From NCBI GenBank assembly GCA_964016885.1, contig OZ024746.1:38750001-38814000 (forward strand): a stretch of DNA of 64,000 bases, read 5' to 3'. The notes beneath the pieces are model-generated. The model was not told where the DNA came from. It saw nothing but the letters and a program-made list of their open reading frames with translations, and ran no database searches. Positions within the stretch are counted from its first letter, which is position 1, and every line of letters starts with the position of its first letter. A program made the position numbers and the translations under genes. Of this stretch, positions 1 to 12,837 are shown piece after piece. The stretch is from Eledone cirrhosa (taxonomy: Eukaryota).

Positions 1-110
1 GATTAAAGTTTAAGCAAAGAATCGCTGCTTTCACCCTTAACGGGATCTTCTTAATGGGAGTTTCAGAAGATCCTGTTAAGGATGAAAGCAGCTTAAACTT
101 TAATCTGTTT
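1..110. mobile_element. Fold-back Penelope pseudo-LTR fragment with variant hammerhead motif
   Basis: 1-50 and 59-105 are imperfect inverted copies. 1-50 matches 53129-53180, the 3' end of the Penelope element. The + arm reads agttt-CAGAAGA-tcctgttaaggat-GAAA-gcagc-TT-aaact. Confidence 0.75.
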
Positions 111-115
111 TTATA

Positions 116-152
<37 letters not shown>

Positions 153-395
153 AATGATAACCACGTAGGATAGATGTAGATATTTATAATTCATTTTATT
201 CATAATCTGCCATAATACATATTTCTGTGAGGAGGGGGTTTAACAACTGTGTATTGCTGGCATCACACAACCACTGACACGACTTCATCAAACAGCATCT
301 TAAGTCGTATAGTTGTTATATGACATTTCTAATGCAATACAGGCTATCAATAAGGGGATGAGCACATTTGATGTTTGTCCTATGAATCCATCTCC

Positions 396-426
<31 letters not shown>

Positions 427-824
427 AAAAATTATAAGGTTAGAAAATTAAAGAATTCTGTAGAAATCACATTATATAAGAAAAATACCAAGAATCACAT
501 ATGCACAATGCTTTTTTATATATACATACAAATTTGCAGTACACAACGAAAGGAAATAAGCTCATACAAAATGTTAGTATTTTTTTAAAAGCAAGGTTTC
601 TGTACTAACTGGTTTCTGCTTGCATGCGCCTTTCAAAGAATACTTTTCAAGTTCATATTTGTGTTGTTGTGTATTTTTTGATAGGATAGGTCATGAATTG
701 CTTAGGAGTTATATATATAGTAATCTAATCTTTGTAATAAACATAATTAGAAATAAATTCTATTCAACTTATAGACAACTCTATATACACACACACACAC
801 ACATATGTGTGTGTGTGTGTGTGC

Positions 825-1003
825 GAGTCCCAGGTTCAATCGGTGTTAACCACAGTAAGTAAGGTACTAAATACATAGCAGAGTATAAATGTTTAATATA
901 GAAATGGCTTCTACAGGACTAGAACTGTTTCATTCGAAGAAAAATATCAGGAAACCCTGAGAATTTCCTTCTAATGAAACTTCTAGTCCTGTAGAAGCCA
1001 TTT
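825..1003 (-). mobile_element. Short fold-back Penelope-type insert (family P1) with decayed hammerhead
   Basis: Inverted repeat 902-1003. Homologous to 15158-15325 and 50697-50886. Flanked by TG/TA microsatellites. Confidence 0.7.
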
Positions 1004-1025
1004 ATATATATATATATATATATAT

Positions 1026-1208
1026 ATAGGAACCAGTAAGACCCCGACGGCTGAGCTCAAGCCGTTTCGACGGCTAATGATTAGCCGTCGAAACGGCTTG
1101 AGCTCAGCCGTCGGGGTCTTACTGGTTCCTATTACCCACTCTACTACCCTAAGTATTGAGTACTTTGGTGCGTTATGGTCCACCTGGTTCCTTTCCACAT
1201 TTCCTTCG

Positions 1209-1210
<2 letters not shown>
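1026..1210 (+). mobile_element. Short fold-back Penelope-type insert (family P2) with hammerhead 3' half
   Basis: Perfect 53-bp-arm palindrome 1026-1132 containing GAAA-cggct-tgagctc-agccg-TC. Homologous to 20911-21085 and 52141-52282. Inserted in (TA)n. Confidence 0.75.
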
Positions 1211-1251
<41 letters not shown>

Positions 1252-1981
1252 TATATACATATATATATGTATAACTATATACATATATAGTATATATATG
1301 TATAACTATATGCATATATAGTTATACACATATAAACACTCACACACACACATATAAATATATATAGATATATACATACACACTTATACATATAGGCAAT
1401 TTTATAATGATATAAGTACCCTATTTTTCTCATCTCATTTCACTCACTACCTCCAGCTATCTTCAGGTAACTGTCATAGTTGGTAGTTTTCTCGAAATAT
1501 TCAACCATATTAATGTGAAAATATCTCAGATATGGACACACACTGAGAATGTTAGCAAGTTTGACAGACACAAGAAGAAGAAACCTGGAGAGTGTAATGG
1601 TGAAAAGCAATCTGAATACATGTGTGCATAAGCTATTACATAGAAATTATATATATATATTATATATATATATAAATTTAAATATGCACATGTGCACTCA
1701 CATACATAAATATCCATATACAATTGAAAGCAATTCAGGATTCCTTTGCAAGTATTATTCCATACATTTGTTTTTTAAGGTTTAAAAATGAAATTTGTTT
1801 TGTAAAATACAGATAGCTTTTGTTAAGTTACATTCAATTGGGAAAAAAGCATTTAAATTAAAAATGAATCTTGAACTTGTATCGAAAAGTAAATAAAATT
1901 TAAAGCGAAAAAAAAAATTTTTAAATTCATTTAAAATATTCAAATCAAGCTTGAATTTAATTGTTTTGCACAACTGATTTA

Positions 1982-2017
<36 letters not shown>

Positions 2018-2249
2018 CATCTCCATTTTATACTACCTTTTTTTAATATCAAATAGTATAAAATATAAAAATCAATAAAAACTGAATATAGTTATAATTT
2101 TTTATATATGTATATATATACACACATGCATGCACGCATATATATGTTCACTCTTACATACATACATACACATAAATATATATATATATATCATCCAACC
2201 CTTGCAAGCAGGGAAAGCAGGCATTAATTGATGATGAGCATTATGATCA

Positions 2250-2735
2250 TCATTAGTAAACATTTTATGTCCACTTTCCAATGCTTGTATGGGTTGAACA
2301 GATCTACTTCAGCACAACCTCCTTCCACTCGATGCATTCCTTTGTCATCTTTTTTTGTGTGGTTCAGCACCCTGAGATCAACTCTCCTACCTCTACCCAT
2401 GATATCTACTACAGCTTCTCCAGCTTGGATATCTTAGCACTTCTTCATCCAATGATCATGACACATACACATCACATGTCTATACCAGTACATCCCTCTC
2501 ACTTACACACTATACCTGACTACCCTCAAACCCAATTTTTCTCTCAGTTCATCTATACTTTGTTGTTCACATTACAGATCCAACAGAGTACACTCACTTC
2601 ATTTCTCTCTATCCTTCGCATATCCTCCACATTCACAGCCCATGTCTCATTTCCATGCAGCATCATGCTTTTCACTGAGACATTGGATAATCTACCTTTC
2701 ACTTACACAGCGAAAGCCTTTGATGTCAACAGAGG
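2250..2735 (-). mobile_element. Decayed RTE LINE 3' fragment
   Basis: Similar to 8660-9130 (C-terminal RT region of the RTE) but full of stops. Confidence 0.65.
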
Positions 2736-3277
2736 TATATACACATATATATATATGCATACATACATATCATCATCCTTATGTTTTCACATATATAGTT
2801 CATTGTTTCTGAGGAAGATCGTGAGATGCTTCTGGGGTATTGAAACTAATAATATGGAGTTACATAATTACTATCGATTACTCACAATATTGATTTATCA
2901 TGATCAATCAGCATTCTGAAACAATCGTAAAACAATGAACAGATTAAGCAATAGACTTCACTTTTCCCTTCATTGTTCAACACACATATACACACATACA
3001 CACATACACACACACACACATATATATATATATTTTTTTTTAAATGATAACTACAGGGATACAAAAACCATTAGTCTTATTAGGTTCACACTTTGGATGA
3101 AAGAGAGAAAAGAAATTCAACATATCGGACATTAGTCCTTCATCTGGAGAGAACAAGTAGATAGATTAGAAAATAAAAAATAGAAAAAGTGGGATACGTG
3201 TGTGTTCTTTTTAATTGTTATGTATATCACCATATATATGTTGGTGGAATGATACATTGTTCTTGAAGGTATATATG

Positions 3278-3317
<40 letters not shown>

Positions 3318-3655
3318 AACATATACATGTATATACTCACACAAATATGAAACATTATCTCTTTTTTTTATCTGATGAGTGCTGCCAGCAGCTGAAAACC
3401 TGAAATTTCTGTGTTCCTATACCTAACCCACACACATCTATATAATTATCACTGTTTAATGTCTATTTTTTATGAAGATAACTATAAATAATAGTTGAAC
3501 AAGTAAAGTAACCCTGGAAGTACAAAAATGTGTATGTATATGTATGTATGTGTGAGTGTGTCTGCATTGGTGGTTCAATTCTCACAGGCATTTTGCTCCA
3601 CCTCCAGATGTACTTTACACGACTTACTCAATATTGTTTATAGTTAACACCATTA

Positions 3656-3840
3656 TTGGAAGTATTGGTGGAGCATCAGACACCATGCTTTGCAGCATAG
3701 AGTTATGGCCCTTTACGATCTCAGTTCAAATCTCGCCGAGGTGAACTTTGCCTTTCATCCTTACAGGGCTGATAAAATAAAGCACCAGTAATACATTGGA
3801 GTAATTGCTGGTCTTGTGCCAAAAGTAGAAACAATTATTT
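3656..3840 (+). mobile_element. SINE family B (Nin-domain-like)
   Basis: B-box-like GTTCAAATC followed by GAGGTGAACTTTGCCTTTCATCC...GATAAAATAAAG. Six similar copies in the window. Confidence 0.8.
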
Positions 3841-4660
3841 ATAATTATCTTCTTTGAAGCTAACATGTTTTCATATATATTTATATATACATACTTGCAT
3901 AAACTGCTTTTAGGGAATAATTTTCTTTCCATTTTCAACTCTATTTTCATACTTGGTCCTTTACTCCACGCTGCTACTGTTCTTGTTGTTGTTGTGGTGG
4001 TTGTGAGTGAGTTATAAGATAAAATATACTTTTGAAAACGCTTTTCATGTGTTGTGTTTTTTTTTGTGTTTTTTATTAATGGAAGAAAGGTCTGAAAATC
4101 CTTTCAAAATTAGTCATGTAGCTAACATAAAAAAGTGTTTGTTTGTTTTTTTTTCATTTTTAATTATTTCTTTTAAAAAAATCATATTTTCTTAATTTAT
4201 ATATGTAAAAATTTATATTTTGTAATAAAAGAAAAAAAAGGAAAATTGATTTTGAAACAAAAAAATTTTGAAATAATTTCCGTATTTGGAAAAAAGTAAC
4301 TGGAGTGATTAGAGTTTGGAGAATAGACATAATAAAAATATTCCAAAGCAGAATTCTGCAATTGTAACCATCTTTGCATATATGTTGGCTGTGGCTTATT
4401 TTTATTTTTCCAGTTTCTACTTTTCTTCTCATTCATTTTTTTCTGTCATCCTTTTCGTTTCTAGTCAGAGAAAGAAGGAATCTTGCATTCAGTTCTTTAA
4501 TAAACTGTTTTCTGTAAAATAAAAATGAAATTGTGAATTTAAAGCTAAGATTTTCATATAAATGACAACCATTTTTATTAACAAATCGTTCCTGCTTCTA
4601 CAAAAAAAACAACTGTTTATTTCATGATTTTGTGTTCCAAATATCAGCTTAATAAGTTAG

Positions 4661-5012
4661 TTCATTCATTCATTTCATTTCATTTCATTTCACGTCCGCT
4701 TTTTCCCTGCTTGCAAGGGTGGGACGGGAACTGATTCTGGCTTGATTTCTACAGCTGGATGCCCTTCCTAACACCAACCTCATTCACAGTGAGTGCTGGG
4801 TGCTTTTTTGCCGTGGCACCTCCACGACCACTTTGCAGTGGAATGATATGGACCCCAGTCCCTATCATCTCATTTCTACAGCTGAGTAAACTGGAGCAAT
4901 GTGAAATAAAGTGTCTTGCTCAAAGAAACTACACATCACCCGGTCTGAGAATTGAACTCACAACCTTTCAATCGCAAGGCCAATGCTCTAACCACTAAGC
5001 AATGTGCCTCCA
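4661..5012 (-). mobile_element. tRNA-derived SINE family A with RTE-derived body and tail
   Basis: Minus-strand A box (TGCTTAGTGG) and B box (GTTCAATTC). The 3' ~45 bp are shared with the RTE end at 8655-8695. Near-identical copies elsewhere. Confidence 0.85.
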
Positions 5013-5614
5013 TAGTTATGTTACTAAATCCCTCCAAATTGTTCATCATTTTCAAAATTATTTGAATATCACAAACAGTATATTTCATAAGAAATATGGT
5101 AACAAATTGGTAAAAAAAAGAAATACTGAACACTAATTCTGGAAAGAATAAGGATATCAAGGCCTGCTGACAGAACTAGAACTATATGTCTATCATTTTA
5201 TTACTTGCTTTAAAAAAAAAAAAAAGACATGAAAATATAAATCAAAATGAGAATAACATAACAATCCATAAAATGAAAGAAAATACAAAATGTTAAGATA
5301 GAGTTAACAATGAGTGAAGTTTAAACACTAGAACTTGTGGAGATTGGGTGCCATGTAGTCTGTCTGTATTGAAAAAAATCTCTTCAATAAAGATTTTAGT
5401 TTTGTTTTCAAATGTATAATAGCATTGTACCATAAGAAGAAAATAAAAATAAAAAAGTACTGAAACATTTGAATTTCCTACTATTCAAGGCACACTAACA
5501 TTATCTATGAATGTTGATTTTTTTTTATTTATTTATTACTTTATTTCCTTCTTTCTTTCACATAGTTGTACTAGCTTATCAAGTAACTTGATTTGAGATT
5601 GTGTGTTGAAACTG

Positions 5615-5905
5615 AAAGAAACTGTGGAACCTCCGTCGGTTCCGACGACAAGTGTTCTATTTCTTTAATCAATGGAACAGTTTGCTAATGAAATAAATGG
5701 CTAAGTGGCCGAGTATTCCACAAAAACATTATGTACTCATTGTTCAGTTCTCAGAGAGATTTAGCATGACACCATGTATGTGGCAAGACTCTCTCTCTTT
5801 TTACATGTGTAACTCACCACTGCCAGCTGAGTGGACTGGAGCAATGTGAAACAAAGTCTCATGCTCAAGAACACAATATGCTGCCAGGAATCAAACTTAT
5901 GACCT
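5615..5905 (-). mobile_element. Old tRNA-SINE fragment related to the family A head/core
   Basis: CAGCTGAGTGGACTGGAGCAATGTGAAA...GCTCAAG core shared with family A. A related decayed copy lies at about 36316-36580 (+). Confidence 0.55.
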
Positions 5906-5994
5906 TACTAATAGAGATATGATGACCTTTTAAAACACAATTGTAATTTTATATTTACTTATGTGTTATTGTGTAATATTCTCTATTCTCTGAA

Positions 5995-6262
5995 CTGAGA
6001 GATCACATCTCTAATATTACAGACATGTGGTTAGAATGTCTGAGGAAAGAATCGTTGAATAGATTTTACAGGTAAAACTAACAAGAGACCCAAGAGTAGA
6101 CACTGAGCAAGATGTTTAGATAACACTCATGAGCTCAGCTGGCTTTGCTTGGGGTCTGGCTGGATCAATTTGAGAGAGTTGCTTCTGATAGGACCTTCTG
6201 GGAGGAGTGCCTGAGGATTCTGTCCTCATGAGCTTCTCAAGAAGAAGAAAAAGAAGAAGAAG
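5995..6262 (+). mobile_element. Decayed LINE 3' end
   Basis: Translates to an RTE-like C-terminus (GHVVRMSEERIV...ASDRTFWEECL) with stops, followed by a (GAA)n tail. Confidence 0.5.
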
Positions 6263-6696
6263 AAGTTATTGTATTCTATTAGCTATCAAAGTCTTTACCC
6301 TTTCATCTTTGACTTGGTCACTGACACTATTTCACTGCCTCTGTTAGAAGTCAGCTGTTGCCCAGTTCTTTCACTCTTTCAATAACATTTCAAATGATCT
6401 TCAAATAATTTAGAAAACAATCAAGAATTTGAAGGGATTTCTCATTATTAGGTTGATGCTCTGAACTTAAAGGTTCTTACATAAAATTATGATGAAAGGT
6501 TTTAGATAGAGTTACTACTTTAATATATACAGTTAAGTAACATTTGTTCTATGTGTATCTATGATCAGATTTATGTGTTTGACAGTCCCATTTGTTTATT
6601 TACCTACTATAGGTCATATAGCATTTTAAGATTTTTCTGGAGTTATGATTTCTTAATAATAAACAGGGACTTTTTTTCCACTCTAATTCAACTTAC

Positions 6697-6774
6697 GTGA
6701 CAAGCGAGCTCTTCTCTCTTCAGCTTTTCTTATCCATTCAGGTTTCTCTGATGTCTTCTCTGATTGTTCAATAC
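6697..6774 (-). CDS. Host gene exon (SIEQSEKTSEKPEWIRKAEERRARLS)
   Basis: tttcatag acceptor, phase 1 matches the upstream exon, GTAAGT donor at 6696. If unspliced, the frame stops at 6683. Confidence 0.75.
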
Positions 6775-7012
6775 CTATGAAATAAATAAAATAAAGGAAT
6801 AAAATAAATAAATAATAAAATAAAAACAAATAAAGATAAATAAATATAAATAAATAAAAATGAATAAATAGATAGATAGATAGATAAATAAATAAAATAA
6901 ATAGTAATGCATAAAAATAAATAAACAAACAAACAAACTTAAATAAATACAGACAAACCATTATTAAGGAGATATTTACTAAAAAGATTAAACTCTTTAG
7001 AACTCATTATTT

Positions 7013-7201
7013 GGTGTGGATTGGCAGTATCGGTAGAGGGTTGGACGCCATGCTTTCCAGCATAGTTACGTCCCTTTACGATCTGAGTTCAAATCCCGCC
7101 GAGGTTGACTTTGCCTTTCATTCTTATGGGGTCGATAAAATAAAGTACCAGTAATGCACTGGGTAATTGCTGGCCTTGTGCCTAAAGTAGAAACAATTAT
7201 T
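7013..7201 (+). mobile_element. SINE family B
   Basis: Near full-length copy of the family at 3656, 21848, 41348 and 46027. Confidence 0.85.
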
Positions 7202-7468
7202 TGGTATTTCTCTTCTAAAGTAGGTTTCAATTGAATTGGTCACTGATCATTTCTTCAGGTTATCCTAGACTAGGTTTGAATTTGCAACCTTTGTTTTCAA
7301 TTGCAAGGTTTTTGTTTTTGTTTTTTTTAAGAATACTAACTAGTGACTAAGTGGTTTGAACATTGAAACCCTACAATTGAAAATTACAGATGGTAGGTTA
7401 AAATGTAGCTTTGAGACGTGTGTATGTGTGCGTGTGTGCACACATACAGAGAGAGAGAGACAGAAATA

Positions 7469-7508
<40 letters not shown>

Positions 7509-7644
7509 ACTAATTTAAAACTCATAATGAATGGTCTTCAAAATGTTTTTAATTAAACATACAGTATATTGCCAAATATACTATACATACATTCATGTAT
7601 ACATCACTATTTCAGAGCACCAATACTAATATATATATATATAT

Positions 7645-7912
7645 ATCATCATCACCGTTTTACGTCCATTCTTCCACGCTAGCATGGGTTAGACGTGTTG
7701 CCCTGTTGTTGGCAGTAGCCGGTCGGCTGACCATGCCTTGCTCATACGGGAACTGATTCTGGCTTGATTTCTACAGCTGGATGCCCTTCCTAACACCAAC
7801 CTCATTTACAGTGAGTGCTGGGTGCTTTTTTCCATGGCGCCTACACGTCCACTTTACAGTGTGGGCTGGGTGCTTTTTTTGCCATGGCACCTCCACGACC
7901 ACTTTGCAGTGG
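7645..7912 (-). mobile_element. SINE family A 3' portion (alternative tail)
   Basis: Body identical to family A. (TGA)n tail. Tail variant shared with 18885-19042. Confidence 0.75.
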
Positions 7913-7981
7913 GAGGGTGTGGGGGCATATTGTCTATATGCTTCAGCTTCGGCTTGTACCCCAAGTAAGCAGGAACTTTAT

Positions 7982-8068
7982 TGCATATGACAATTGTTTC
8001 AACATCAATCAGCTCAGGGGTCGATCATAAGGTTCAGAGCTTGACTCTGCACTGACATCAGATATGCA
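7982..8068 (-). ncRNA. Damaged type I hammerhead ribozyme motif
   Basis: Minus strand: tgcatat-CTGATGt-(long stem II region)-GAAA-caattg-TC-atatgca, then AATAAA. Stem I is 7 bp and stem III is palindromic. Confidence 0.6.
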
Positions 8069-8639
8069 TTTGTAGGCAGAAAACACATTCTAACAGTATA
8101 AACCCACATGAGATAGAATATCGTAATATCATCGAGTGCTTTAACCAATAAACCACATGTAACTATAGTTAGACACATATCTATCATATATATATATCTC
8201 TGATGATCTTAACTACTGTTCGCAATGATTGGCCAGGTTATTACCAACTAAGTCAGTACTTAATCAGATCTCCTAACCTCTCATATGGGTCACAAACACT
8301 CCTATGTCAAGATGTAAACATCTTCCATAGCAGGAATATCAAAAACAAAAACAAACTTTAATTTTATTTACATTCAAAATACCTGTCTGACAAAAACACA
8401 TTGTATAAATCAATGATGAACGACGATCTTTCTACACCTTCAAAATGTGCATAATAAGATAATGTAATTGAATAAAAGGAAGTTGAATATCTGATACCTT
8501 CCTTTTCTTAATGTTGATACTCCATTTGATACCATAAACATAATACCATTTGAGCAATCTGACGTCAAATGCTTCTGCCAGATTACACATTGTTGGTTGA
8601 TTTATTGGATCAACCAATACTCTTTATCATTTCATATAT

Positions 8640-11600
8640 ATCATCATCATCATCATTTTACGTCTGCTTTTCCCTGCTTGCAAGGTGGGACGGGTCTTAT
8701 TCAGCACAGCATCTCTCCACTTGTCACGGTCTTTCGTCATCTCCCCCGTGAGCTTCAGCAATCTGGGGTCTGCTCTCACCACCTCCGCCCATTTTTTTCG
8801 TGGTCTACCTCTACCACGTCTTCCTTCAACTGGCATTTCCTGGCACTTCTTCACTCATCGGTCATCCTCCATGCGCGTCACATGTCCATACCACCGCAGT
8901 CTCCTCTCTCGCACACTACATTCTATCCTTCTCAGACACAGTTTCTCTCCCAACACATCCATGCTGGGTCGTTCACACACATTGACATTGCACATCCAAC
9001 GGAGCATGCTTGCTTCCTTTCTCTCCAGCCGTTGCATATCCTCTGCAGTTGCTGCCCAAGTCTCACTACCATGCAGCATCGCGCTCCTCACACAGGCATC
9101 ATATAACTGGCCTTTCGTATGCGCAGGGAGAAACCCTTCTTCGTCAGCAGAGGAAGCAGTTCCCTAAACTTCTTCCAAACCATCCTTATTCTAGATACTA
9201 TGGCATCGGAACACCCCCCCCCCCTCCCATGCTAATCTGATCTCCTAGGTACCAGAAGCTATCCACCACTTCTATAGCACCTGCCTGCATTTGAAAAATG
9301 TGTCTATCAATGCAACTTCTACTGTCTAATTTCCCTGTACATCTACTGCATACGTATTTCTCCCTACCTGTTAGTTTGCCTGCTATCCCACTACATCTCT
9401 TGTGTACCCAGGATCTGCATTGTGTGCATTTTATAGAATTTATGCCAGTTCCTTTTCTGCATATCGAACATGGCCATTTCCTTGACGGAATCAGAGTTTT
9501 GTCCTCTTTTCTACTCATCAACACTTTTGTCTTAGCTAGGTTCACTCTCAGTCCTCTTGCTTCCAACTGCTGTTTCCATAGCCAGAATTTATTCTCTAGC
9601 TCCTCTACTGATTCTGCTATAAGAACCAGATCGTCAGCATAGAGAAGTTCCCATGGACAGCCAGTATTAAACACCTCTGTTATGGCTTGGAGGACTATAA
9701 TGAAGAAGAGCGGGCTGAGGACCGAACCTTGATGTACTCCAACTTGTATCTGGAATTCCTCCCTAAACTCCATTCTACCCTGACTTTACTGACAGCACCT
9801 CTGTACAAAGTTTGCACTGTCCTCACAAGCCATTCCTCAACACCTAGTTTCCTTAGGGACCACCAGATGACAGATCGGGGTACCCTATCAAAGGCCTTCT
9901 CTAGGTCAACAAAGGCTAAGTATAGTGGCTTATTCTTCTCTAAGAACCTCTCTTGTAATTGTCTCACCAAGAAGAAGGCATCTGTTGTACTTTTCCCAGG
10001 CACAAAACCAAACTGCATCTCATCTAGTTTGACCCTTTCTCTAATTAGTTGTGTTAATATCCTTTCTGCCACTTTCATAACCTGATCCATCAGTTTTATG
10101 CCCCTATAATTGCTCGTCTCCAGAACCCCCCTTTACCTTTCTAGTAATTTATGAGAATACTGCTGCACCAGTCTTTGGGTATGACACCACGATTGATGAT
10201 GCGTGGAACCAGTTTAGTGCCTACGTCTCCTGATGCCTTCAGCATCTATCCCCGACAGTCCAGCAGCCTTACCATTTTTCATTTCCTTAATCACCTCTTG
10301 GACCCTATATTCATTAATCTCAATAGCTGGTCCCTCTGTCGGATCTACTGGGGCTAATTTCTCTCTCTCCCATTCGTTCTCCACATTCCCCAGTCTCTCA
10401 TAATGACATTTTCAGGCCTCCTTTTTCTGATCATTCATGACGCTAAGTACACCAGCATCATTCCGAACACATTTATCTCCAACAACATCGACACACTGCC
10501 TTGCAATGTGGAATACCGCATGCCTCTGGTCTTCCCATCACAGAACATTGCCAAACATCCTACTCTCAGCCTCCCTGCGTGCTAAGTACACCTGACGTCT
10601 AGCTTCTCTCTTAGCAGCTGTATATCCTTCTCTACTCCCACCCTTTTTCCAAGCCTTCCATGTTAGTCTTTTGTTTCTAATGGCCCTATCTACTGTGATG
10701 TTCCACCACCAGGTCACTCTTTGTCTGGTTGGAGCTCTGCTCCAGCCACAAGTTTCATCAGTAGCCTGCAGTAAGTTGTCACGTAAGAAATTCCAGGTAT
10801 TATCTATGTCATACGACTCTAAATCGTCTTCTTTTTCGTCATACACATCTTGAAGGGCTTTCCTAAATTTGTATTTTAGTGAAAGGTCTTTTAGCTTCCA
10901 GACCTTTCTTCTCCACCCCTTCCTGTATGTCTCATTCCATCTCTTGCTTACTGAGATATCACTAACCTATGCTGTGGGGTACATTCTTCCCCAGGGTATG
11001 CCTTGGTATTTGACACCATCTGCCTGTCCTGCTGCCTAACTAGTAAGAAGTCAATCTGGCTTATGTGCTCGCCTGATTTGTAAGTTATTAGGTGGTTGGC
11101 AGGTTTCTGGAAGTTAGTGTCGCAAATAGTCAGTGTATTTGCATCACAAAATTCAAGAAGTCTCACTCCTTCATTTCTTGAGCCGTAACCGTTCCCACCA
11201 TGTACCCCAGTGTAACCATCCAGAAGCTGTCCAACATGACCATTGAAGTCCCCTGCTAGCATAATGATGTCTCCGTCCTCTGTCATTGCGGCTGTTTGTA
11301 AAAGTTGCTTGTAAAAGCAGTCTTTCTTTTCTTTGCCTAGGCCTGCTTGGGGAGCATAGGCAGAGATGATTGTCAGTAGTCTCCTGCCTACAACTAATCT
11401 AAGCTTAATTATTTTATTAACTCAAACTACCTCTATTGTCTTATCGATCCATCTCTCAGCCAGGAAAATGCCAACTCCCCCTAAACCATCATCCTTACCT
11501 ACCCAGAAAAGATTATAGCTAAGATGTTTGCCTGCGACTAGTCTCGCAGAGGCACCTCTCCATCTCACCTCTTGCACACAGCACACATCCACATGCCTTC

Positions 11601-11882
11601 TCTCCAGCATCTCCGCTATTTCACCAGATCTACCTGTAAGAGTGCCAACATTAAGTGTTGTAACTCTGAGATACGATGTCTTCATATTTTTGTTGTTCCT
11701 ATATATTTGTTGCTGTGCTCATAATTGTTTTGGCATTGATACACTGGTTGGATACCCTTCCTAACACCAGTGCCACTTTACAGCATGGACTGGGTGCTTT
11801 TATTCGTGCCACCAGCACTAGAGAGGATGTCTTACTGGACTCATGGGCCCTCTCTATCGCTCCATTTTACAGCATGGTCATA
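8640..11882 (-). mobile_element. Near full-length decayed RTE-clade LINE (APE + RT + PHD finger)
   Basis: APE motifs (TLNVGTL, VQEVRW, GDFNGHVG, QIDFLL). RT motifs (QFGF, FVDLEKAFD, GVHQGSVLSP, LLYADDL). Internal CSIC..CTQC..HKRC..CSRC finger. (TGA)n tail. Several stops and frameshifts. Confidence 0.95.
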
Positions 11883-12020
11883 ACAAAAAAAAAAAAAAGA
11901 AAACACCACTTATTGACACTCACGGCACACACACACACACCAACACTCATGCATACAAACACACACACACGCCACTCACACACACATACATATTACCGTC
12001 AGTACTGATATATATATATT

Positions 12021-12484
<464 letters not shown>

Positions 12485-12544
12485 TATATATATATCACAG
12501 AAAAATCTATAAAACATTCAAATGAAAGAGATATGATAGCTTAC

Positions 12545-12641
12545 TCTGAGAATTCCTGCCCTTATTAACCAGACTTTGTCGCCAAGCTGGTTGTGCTGTA
12601 GAAGATTCAATATGTGTCTTATTCGAGCTGATGTCTTCAAC
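12545..12641 (-). CDS. Host gene exon (VEDISSNKTHIESSTAQPAWRQSLVNKGRNSQ)
   Basis: tttcaag acceptor and GTAAGC donor. 97 bp, phase 0 in and phase 1 out, linking the 20023 and 6774 exons. Not in the ORF track. Confidence 0.75.
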
Positions 12642-12805
12642 CTTGAAATAAATATTAAACAGTACAAAACCTCAATCAATTGGTATCATTATCAATATGC
12701 TGTACTTTTCTTATATTTAGTTTTAATATAAGTGTGTGTATGTAAATATATGTATGCATATATATGTGTGTATGCATATATATGTGTGTATGCTTTGTTA
12801 GTATA

Positions 12806-12837
<32 letters not shown>

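Noticed and set aside
3371-3405. CTGATGA...GAAA hammerhead-like string
   Set aside because: No convincing stem I, stem III or cleavage triplet.
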